Shown here: in pieces, positions 57,060 through 64,000 of the stretch
Layout of the letters: the number at the start of each line of letters is the position of its first letter
How positions within the stretch are numbered: position 1 is the first letter of the stretch
DNA from: a virus
Length of the DNA stretch: 64,000 nucleotides
Virus record (IMG/VR): IMGVR_UViG_3300017605_000706
Location: 1-64,000 of that record
Strand: one strand, 5' to 3'
Position numbers and translations under genes: made by a program
The notes under the pieces: model-generated
What the model was told of the DNA's origin: nothing
The model's input: the letters and a program-made list of their open reading frames with translations, nothing else
Database searches by the model: none

Positions 57060-58178
57060 TCAGAAGATAGCGCGATTGTACGCGACGAGTCGACCCAGAG
57101 CAGCTGCGCCGGCAGGAGCCCACTTCGGGTTCTTGGTCACCTGCTTGGGAACAGACTGAACGATCATAGCAGCAGTAGCGCGCTTGATCTCCGCGGACGG
57201 CAAGCGATCGATCCAGACGAAGGCTGCCCAGTAATCCTTCTCAGCGGCGCGGCGCGCGACCGTGATCGCCGCCAGCTCGTACTTGCGCTCCGAGGGCACC
57301 GGCGTCTTCTCGGGATCGTTGGCGATCTGGTCGGGCGTGGGCAGGTGCTTGCGCAGCTCGCGTTGGGCCAAGAACTTGAGCGCGGGGCCGGTACCGACAA
57401 CGCCTGCCAGGATCGCAGCGCCTACCATGTCGCCCTGGCCCGTGGCGTAGTCGCGCGCGAGCGCCGAGTACGCGCGAAGCCCAAGCTCCCACGCGCGGGG
57501 GCTTCCCCACGGCTGCCCGTCGGCGATCGACGACTCGGGCGGCGCGAACTCGATCAGATCTCCCAGGTGCTTGGCGGCAAGCGAGAAGTCCTCGGCTTCG
57601 TTCTTGTACGCAGTCGTAGCGTCGTCGTCTGCGAGAAGATTGGATAGGTTGGGCACGACAGGCGTGCCTGCGAAGAAGTTGGCGATCTCATCGAGCTGAG
57701 GCTGGACCTTGACCTGGACCATGCGGTTGACCATCGCTGCAGAGAGCGTGATGCCGCCCGGGGCCTGATCCGGGTGGTTGCCTGCCATGAGGATGCGCGA
57801 CTTCGGGTGCAGCTGGCGACCGCCTGCGTTACGCTCGAGAGCGAGGCGCAGCATGGGCGCTTCGACAGAGCGCGGGATCGCCGTGATCTCGTCGAGGAAC
57901 AGGACTACAGGCTCGTCACACGCCTGCTCGATCTCGGGAAAGAGCGCGCGCTGGACGTGGCCCTCGTCGACGAATGGCAGGCCCGCGAAATCGGTCGCCT
58001 CCATGTTGGACGCGATCAGCGTGACGCATGGCATGTTGAGTTGCTTGCTGACAGCGCGGGCGATCGCCGTCTTTCCGACGCCTGGCGAGCCGAGCATGAG
58101 GCAGGCGACATTCGCGCGAGCGCACGCGGCGGCGATCTCAGCGGTCTGAGCGAGATTCGAATCGGGGAGCTTGGCCAT
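57060..58178 (-). CDS. MoxR-type AAA+ ATPase
   Basis: GSPGVGKT, D..GLP, LFLDEI, AGN, NR, SPRAWE. Confidence 0.85.
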   Translation of the reverse strand: MAKLPDSNLAQTAEIAAACARANVACLMLGSPGVGKTAIARAVSKQLNMPCVTLIASNMEATDFAGLPFVDEGHVQRALFPEIEQACDEPVVLFLDEITAIPRSVEAPMLRLALERNAGGRQLHPKSRILMAGNHPDQAPGGITLSAAMVNRMVQVKVQPQLDEIANFFAGTPVVPNLSNLLADDDATTAYKNEAEDFSLAAKHLGDLIEFAPPESSIADGQPWGSPRAWELGLRAYSALARDYATGQGDMVGAAILAGVVGTGPALKFLAQRELRKHLPTPDQIANDPEKTPVPSERKYELAAITVARRAAEKDYWAAFVWIDRLPSAEIKRATAAMIVQSVPKQVTKNPKWAPAGAAALGRLVAYNRAIF

Positions 58179-58455
58179 GGGATTTACTCAAATTCCTTTC
58201 AGGGTTACAGAAGCACAGACGTGTGAGTCGATCAGGTATTCAAGACAGCTTCGATTTTGCGCTGGTTGATAACGCTCCACTTGTAGTGGGTTGTCGAGAC
58301 AGCCAGCCGTTCGCACGCAGCCCGACACGCGTTAAAGAGTCCAGCGGCGGAATCCTCGCCCCCGACGTCACCGACCTCAAAGGCGTCGTTCTCGTATACG
58401 GCTGTGAAGATCCAGCCCTTATCCCAGTCCAGTGTGATCTTGGTTGGCGTCACGG

Positions 58456-58677
58456 CTACGCAGCCTCGATCGTCAGCACGAGCTTGCCAACCCACGCGGG
58501 CGTGTCGTCGTTGCCCCACACCTCGATGATGCCCTTCTCGTAGTCGACGTTGACACCGGGCAGCTCAGCGCCGACAGCGTACGGCCCGAACGCCTTCGTG
58601 ACAGTGCAGCGAGAAAAGCTGAACACCATCGTGTCGTGCTGATCCCAGCCCTTCCAAGTAAAGAATGCGCTTTCCAT
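58456..58677 (-). CDS. hypothetical protein
   Basis: GAGGAG RBS. Confidence 0.5.
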   Translation of the reverse strand: MESAFFTWKGWDQHDTMVFSFSRCTVTKAFGPYAVGAELPGVNVDYEKGIIEVWGNDDTPAWVGKLVLTIEAA

Positions 58678-58696
58678 TGTCTTTTTCTCCTCTGTT

Positions 58697-59092
58697 TCAG
58701 TCGTCGTTATCGTAAGAATTGCGCTGTCGTTCCAAAAGCTCTTGCCTGGTGATTCCGTGCTTGTCCATAAGCGCCTGCACGTGCTGGATAGACTTGGCGA
58801 GCTTCCCGCCGGGAACCGATTCTCTATGGCGCTTGACGGCTCTGATATAACCGTCGGGATCCCCTCGGAGAAGCGTCAGCAGCTCCTCATCAGAATAACT
58901 AGCTGGGGCTGGCGCTGGCCGCGCTTCGATCGCTAGCAGCGTGTTATACAGCCTCAAGAGGGGACAGCTCTCGTTCACACCACCGCTTTTTTCAAGCGCT
59001 TTCTGCAAAGCGCTGCGCAGATCGTATGCGTCATCGGGCGACAGCGTGATCTGCACACACTCGACAGTCGTCTCTGCTTTCTTAGCCTTCAT
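58697..59092 (-). CDS. protein with C-terminal L7/L12-CTD-like motif
   Basis: YIRAVKRHRE..GGKLAKSIQHVQ. Confidence 0.4.
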   Translation of the reverse strand: MKAKKAETTVECVQITLSPDDAYDLRSALQKALEKSGGVNESCPLLRLYNTLLAIEARPAPAPASYSDEELLTLLRGDPDGYIRAVKRHRESVPGGKLAKSIQHVQALMDKHGITRQELLERQRNSYDNDD

Positions 59093-59123
59093 GTCACCTG
59101 AGACGCCTCTCTCGGTTAAAGAT

Positions 59124-59468
59124 TCACAGCAATCGGATCGACGGAAGATGCGCGAGACGCGCAGGAATTTCCGGGCCGGTCCTGAGAATGATCTGCGCGC
59201 CCGGAGCCCCATCGAGGATCAGGCGCAACATAAAATCAGGCGTCGCGTCGGCGCCGTTAACCAGGATCATCGGAGGCTTTGCCCTCAAGATTGCAGCCCA
59301 GTCAACATGATCGTGATGTATAGCGAAGACTGCCGGCTGATAAGCCTGCAAGATTGCCGTGGTGACGCCCGATCCATACGGTCCTGCCACGACAAGAAGC
59401 GCGTCGTTGCTCCAGTTGAGTTTCTTGAGGACGCCCTCAACCGAGACGACACGATGCTCTTTGGCCAT
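59124..59468 (-). CDS. degenerate P-loop-like small protein
   Basis: LLVVAGPYGSGVTT (Walker A Lys absent); GGAGG RBS. Confidence 0.45.
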   Translation of the reverse strand: MAKEHRVVSVEGVLKKLNWSNDALLVVAGPYGSGVTTAILQAYQPAVFAIHHDHVDWAAILRAKPPMILVNGADATPDFMLRLILDGAPGAQIILRTGPEIPARLAHLPSIRLL

Positions 59469-59885
59469 GTCCCTGAGACGACCTCCGCGCTCAGATATTC
59501 ACGACGATCGTTTCAGGATGCAGACGGCGATCGCCTAGCCGACCTTGACGCAAAGCGCCAAGGACCGTCGCTACCTGTGGGCACAAGGGCACCACCTGTC
59601 GGTCCTCTACTTGTACCAGACAGGGCTGATCGCAGGCGATGCTCAAGCGGTCAGACAGGCTCCTGGGAGTCTCAGCCCACGCAAGTACGCGGATCTTGGT
59701 CATGTAGCCTCCTACGACGGGTCGACCCGTCGGGGCATTCATGTACTACAAGATCTCCCTAGGCGCTATCACCCCTGGTTGAATGGTCGGTCCGGTATGA
59801 CCGACATCGATTCGAGTAAAATCAATGACTTAGCGGATTCTCTCAGGGCTTTGAATCCTGAGCTGGGGCTGGCGTCTTAGCGGGC

Positions 59886-60296
59886 ATGAACGGCAACATC
59901 ACGGTCGGCGAGACGAACTACTCCACGGGCCAGCGCGCGGTGACTCTGGTCAATCCAATCGCGCGGGCGTTCGTTGACAACAAGCGTTACGTCCTGTGGT
60001 TCGGCGCCTACGGGGAGACGCGCCTCATGGTGTGGGCGCGTTCGCTCGAGTCGGCGCTCGATGAGTGCGTCGACTGGATCGCCGACAACGCGCCGGGTCT
60101 ACTGGCCGATGACGGTGTGCATGAGCAGTACAAGCGCCTCGTGGCTGAGGGCGTGGACGAGGAGAAAGCTCAGGAGGAGGCGACTGTCGACACCACGTGC
60201 GCGGGCAACAACGGCCACTACCTCAACTCGTGGGAGTGGGGCATCGTTGCGGAGAACCCGACGCGGGCCCAGGTTCTCGAAATCTTGGGCCGTTGA
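59886..60296 (+). CDS. hypothetical early-type protein
   Basis: first ORF of a divergent plus-strand run. Confidence 0.6.
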   Translation: MNGNITVGETNYSTGQRAVTLVNPIARAFVDNKRYVLWFGAYGETRLMVWARSLESALDECVDWIADNAPGLLADDGVHEQYKRLVAEGVDEEKAQEEATVDTTCAGNNGHYLNSWEWGIVAENPTRAQVLEILGR

Positions 60297-60312
60297 ATTT
60301 TAACTGAACCAC

Positions 60313-60332
60313 CGGAGTCTCAAAGCCATGAC
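60313..60332 (+). repeat. 20-bp direct repeat spanning RBS and start (copy 1)
   Basis: CGGAGTCTCAAAGCCATGAC. Confidence 0.85.
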
Positions 60333-60825
60333 GAACGCGAACCAAATGTTCTGGCTGTCCACGCGCCCCTACACCTTGGTGGATGCGATCAACCGAGCGG
60401 CTGCGGCGACTGGCTCGGTCCGCTATGCGCAAGCGGCGGCCGGTGCCAACTACAACGGGCATTCGGTGAGCGTGGCCTGGAACGAGTATCGCAAGTACTG
60501 GGTGACCGAGTACTACTGGGGCGAGCGCGTGGTGCTGTACCGGGGGCGCTCACTCGAGCAGGCCCTGCAGGCTGCCAAGCAAGAATACGATCGTGGCGCG
60601 CTCGGTGCCCGCTGCACCTTTACTGCGCGAGACGAGAATGAGGCTGCGGCCGCGCTCGCGGCAGGCTGGTCGCCAACCTCACGAGAGGCGATTAACGCGC
60701 ACTACCGCACGTTCTCTGACGATCGGTTCGGTGAGGTCGGCCATGCGCTCCGAGACAGGACCGACCACCTACTACTGCAAGCAGCTACCGTCGATGAGTA
60801 TCGGGCACTTTGTCGCTCACGTTGA
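60328..60825 (+). CDS. hypothetical protein
   Basis: GGAG RBS; 165 aa. Confidence 0.65.
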   Translation: MTNANQMFWLSTRPYTLVDAINRAAAATGSVRYAQAAAGANYNGHSVSVAWNEYRKYWVTEYYWGERVVLYRGRSLEQALQAAKQEYDRGALGARCTFTARDENEAAAALAAGWSPTSREAINAHYRTFSDDRFGEVGHALRDRTDHLLLQAATVDEYRALCRSR

Positions 60826-60841
60826 ATTTCATCTAGGCAAA

Positions 60842-60861
60842 CGGAGTCTCAAAGCCATGAC
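60842..60861 (+). repeat. 20-bp direct repeat spanning RBS and start (copy 2)
   Basis: CGGAGTCTCAAAGCCATGAC. Confidence 0.85.
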
Positions 60862-61081
60862 CAAGAAGCAGTTTGCGGCCTTCTGTCGCAGCGACGCAAA
60901 CTGCGTCACCGCCGTGATCCAGGGTGACGGATATCCCGCTGCGGTACGGCTAGACAGCGACCGCCCCAGCATGCAGCCGGTAAGCGCGTTCGTGGCCATG
61001 CGCTACATCGATCGGTGCTGGTCTGAGCGCGTCGGCGGCTTGCTCGGTTATCGCGAGAATCGGTGGCGGGCCGTTAAATAA
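60857..61081 (+). CDS. hypothetical protein
   Basis: starts within the repeated leader. Confidence 0.6.
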   Translation: MTKKQFAAFCRSDANCVTAVIQGDGYPAAVRLDSDRPSMQPVSAFVAMRYIDRCWSERVGGLLGYRENRWRAVK

Positions 61082-61112
61082 CTCATTCATCTGATCCGTC
61101 GTAAAGGATATC

Positions 61113-61418
61113 ATGACCAAGCGAAACAGCCTCGATCTGGAGTCGCGTCTTGACCGTGCGCTGGCCGCGCCAAAGCCTGCTCTAAAGGCGCCGTTTCAGC
61201 TCGGCCAGTACGTCGAGTTTGTACCTCTCTCAAGCTGCGAAGAGCCGTTTCGCTCCGACGACGTCATGGAGGTGGCGGGCCTCTCCAAGAGCGGTCGCGG
61301 CAAGAAGATCTCGTGGCGCGTTCGCGTATTTACGCTCAACCGCGCTACCGGAGGCGCCTGGGTAAGCGCGGACGTGCTGCAGCCGTACGGCGAGCCGTCG
61401 AATAACTCAGCTACTTGA
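61113..61418 (+). CDS. hypothetical protein (SH3/KOW-like)
   Basis: AAAGGA RBS; FQLGQYV. Confidence 0.55.
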   Translation: MTKRNSLDLESRLDRALAAPKPALKAPFQLGQYVEFVPLSSCEEPFRSDDVMEVAGLSKSGRGKKISWRVRVFTLNRATGGAWVSADVLQPYGEPSNNSAT

Positions 61419-61710
61419 TCCGTCGGAGATGAACATGCGCAAGACTACGAAGGCAACTCTCGAAGACCGCTTGGCGCAGGTTGTGGACCTGAGGGCGCTT
61501 CTGGTCCCGATCACTTCGGCTGTTGTCTGCGCAGAAACGGTCGAAACCCCTGAAGACTTCGACGCCAATCTTGACGCCGTCGAGGACGGGATCAAGGAGC
61601 TTCTCGCTGCTCTCAAGGAGATTCGGTCATGAAAACGCTGCAATATCGACGGTTGCAATGACCCGGCTTACCTCGGAACCTGCCTCGCCCACCGACTCGG
61701 AGTTGTTCCC

Positions 61711-61977
61711 ATGCCTTCAACCGACAGCAAGAATCGCATGTCACGAGCCGTGGCCAAGCGCATCGCCAAGGAATTCAAGCGTACTACGCGGCGTGACGCG
61801 TGGGCTTGGACGACAGCGCACGCGGAGATCGTTGACGCGCTTGTGATGGATGAGATCCGCGTCGCATGGACGGCCGACAGCGCCGCCGTCTTTACTCCGG
61901 CTGAGATCATGGAGTTCCGCTCGATGCTCGTCGAGGAACTTGCCGCTGCCGGGTACCCGATGGAGGAAGCCAAGTGA
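61711..61977 (+). CDS. hypothetical protein
   Basis: GGAG RBS; plus-strand run. Confidence 0.55.
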   Translation: MPSTDSKNRMSRAVAKRIAKEFKRTTRRDAWAWTTAHAEIVDALVMDEIRVAWTADSAAVFTPAEIMEFRSMLVEELAAAGYPMEEAK

Positions 61978-62492
61978 CCGCCCGCATCGAAGTGGATCAC
62001 TCCGAGGACTGCCCCACGCGCATCCGGGGCGGTCGATGCACCTGCGAAGTCCAGGTGAGCGCACGCAACGTGACCGAACCGGTGAAGGCCCGCATCACCA
62101 CCCGAGCCGGCCGCAAGATCCGCCACGTCGCGCCGGGTCACGTGGTGGACGTGGCGACGGGCCAAGGATTGTGGCGCTACAACGCGCCCGGGTTCATGCC
62201 GCGAGCCGTATGGATGGGGATGGAGCCCGGCAGCGGCGCGTGGCTGGACTGGTGGGTCGCGAGGCGCCCCGAGCGAGAGGACCGCGCACCTAAGCAATTC
62301 ACGCTCGGCCGGATGGTTCCACTTCTCGTCCGCGTGATGCTGGCGATCGGGGGCTGGGGTATCGAGGAGCGCAACCGTCTCGCGGATTCGATCATCGAGG
62401 AACTTGCCTTGGAAGAACAACTCGTGCGCGGGGCCTGCGGCGTAGTCTCCGGGCTTATCGAGGCGTGGCAGGCGATCGGGGGATGGTCGTGA
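61974..62492 (+). CDS. hypothetical protein
   Basis: GGAGG RBS; coupled; H..DC..C.C N-terminus. Confidence 0.5.
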   Translation: MTARIEVDHSEDCPTRIRGGRCTCEVQVSARNVTEPVKARITTRAGRKIRHVAPGHVVDVATGQGLWRYNAPGFMPRAVWMGMEPGSGAWLDWWVARRPEREDRAPKQFTLGRMVPLLVRVMLAIGGWGIEERNRLADSIIEELALEEQLVRGACGVVSGLIEAWQAIGGWS

Positions 62493-63435
62493 GCCGTTAC
62501 AATCGCAAGACAACGCCGGTGGCTACTCTTCGCGACGACGAGATCTCGCAGGAGATCGCGCTCCGAAAGTCCGACGCCAACCTGAACGAGAAGCACGTCA
62601 CCGTGACCAGCTATACGTGGCCTAGCACGCCTGCGATCACTGGTCGCCGCACGGCTCCGCTTCCGCCCAACTGGGTCGTACCGAAGGTTTGAATAGCCTA
62701 GCACAGCTAAAGGTCAAATTGCCATGTCAAAGATCAAGCTTGTCCCGCCTACGAACACTCACAGCATGTTCACGATCATCACGTACGACGCCGTTGGCGT
62801 GACTCACACAGTTCTTCATGTCGCGCCCTGGAAGTTGACGGCTGTAGGCGCGCAAGGCGAAGTGGTCACGCTGCGCGACGTGGGAGGCCCCCTTGCGACG
62901 ATCCCATGTACTGACAGCGAAGAGGCCCAGAACCTCTCACGGGACATCGCAGACCTCATGGAAGAGACTGAGCGCTAGCCATGCCCAAGACCACCCCTAC
63001 GTATCGAGTCACTGTTTCAGTGTGCGTGCCGGTCTCCCTCACGCTGACGATTCAGCGTGATGAGCACGATCCCGATATTGCCCAGATTATCGCCGTTGAC
63101 GGTCCTATGTACGCTCCGTCTCTGACAACTGTGCGTGAGTGCCTCGACGAAGAGACGCTCACGTATATCGACAAGCAGCTCGCTGCGCTGGCGCTTGAGG
63201 ACGCGCGCTAGCGTCATGCCCCGCGCAGAGCTTACCCCAGCGCAGCAGGCACTGTATGATTCTATCCAGAGTAGCGGTGAATCAATCATCCCCAATCGCG
63301 GGCAGACTCGAGAGTCGTCACGCGCGCGGTCCGCGTGGATTCGGACGGCGAAGAGCCTTCGCAAGAAGAATCTGATCGCGCTGCAGCAAGTTGGTGTTGA
63401 TACCTGGAAAGCCTCTAGGCTATGAAGCAAACTGG

Positions 63436-63861
63436 ATGATCTACGCGCTAAGATCGGGGTCGGCGCGCCCTCCAGCGCGTGTAACACGTTGGCCAGGGAT
63501 CGCGTTTCCTATCCCATTCCAAGAATGGCGAGGCCGCATATACCGCGGCCTCTTTTTCGGTGTGCACGGAGTGAAGGAAGGCTCACCTATTTGGTCCGGC
63601 GTGGTGCGCGCGCGGACCTGCGACTACGTTGACTACAAGTCGACTATGATCGCCTCTAACGCAAACTCGCTGCGTCACTTCATCGCGACCGGAGAGCTTC
63701 CTCCGCGCGTCGAGGACGCGTTTGGGTGCTGGCTGCACGAGCGGTTAGCTCAAGGTACACGCAGCCTTGATATGATTCCTCTCGAGATTCACGCTATCGC
63801 TGACCCTGCTGCGTATCAAGCTGCGATCAGAGCTTACCAGAGCGCGTCAGCGCCCTTCTGA
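63436..63861 (+). CDS. PWEIH-module family protein
   Basis: IYRG; SLDMIPLEIHAIADPAAYQAAIRAY. Confidence 0.7.
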   Translation: MIYALRSGSARPPARVTRWPGIAFPIPFQEWRGRIYRGLFFGVHGVKEGSPIWSGVVRARTCDYVDYKSTMIASNANSLRHFIATGELPPRVEDAFGCWLHERLAQGTRSLDMIPLEIHAIADPAAYQAAIRAYQSASAPF

Positions 63862-64000
63862 ATAAGCCAGGCGCTGGTTCGTCTCAGAGACATGACGATC
63901 CTAGCCCATCTTACCAAGCCGGACCTGTTGATCTTGATTGACGCGCTCACGCAGTACACCAAGGCACCTGTCAAGCCCGAGCCTGAAAATGATCTTGTGA

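Noticed and set aside
58941-59762. 273-aa plus-strand ORF (and similarly 61668..62513 on the minus strand)
   Set aside because: Overlaps RBS-bearing genes on the opposite strand and has low-information composition
59818-59834. AAAATCAATGACTTAGC as a recombination or att-like site
   Set aside because: Single copy and no recombinase in the window; may simply be part of the divergent promoter
1881-63861. PWEIH repeats as DGR template/variable repeats, CRISPR repeats or integron-like DNA sites
   Set aside because: No reverse transcriptase, cas operon or integrase is seen in the window; conservation is at the protein level with synonymous changes rather than adenine-specific or exact DNA repeats

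Overview
The window is a 64 kb segment of a GC-rich dsDNA bacterial virus; the host cannot be determined from the sequence. It contains small accessory genes with an Rnl1-like RNA ligase (1-10 kb) and a replication/recombination module (10-28 kb: SF3-type ATPase, two SNF2 helicases, Cas4-like nuclease, Sak4-like ATPase, SSB, UDG-PolA fusion, Tmk, Dam). A putative virion module (24 kb and 29-40 kb, plus 47-51 kb) consists of tail-anchored membrane proteins, peptidoglycan enzymes and small Arg/Lys-rich proteins; I recognise no terminase, portal, HK97 capsid or tail genes in it. There is also a nucleotide-sugar/glycosyltransferase cluster (40-47 and 51-53 kb), a MoxR-AAA/VWA operon (55-58 kb) and a divergent early-type region (58-64 kb). 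The most striking unexplained signal is a dispersed family of about 17 small genes with highly divergent bodies that share a C-terminal '(V)DGxPWEIHxIxD..A..AA..(Y/F)' module, usually with an N-terminal (Y/W/H)RG motif. A second shared tail ('LGYVY(Q/T)G...WKAxRRxGR') marks small basic proteins, and a GATCA-N6-TGATC palindrome precedes putative structural genes. All annotations come from motif recognition by eye; no searches were run.
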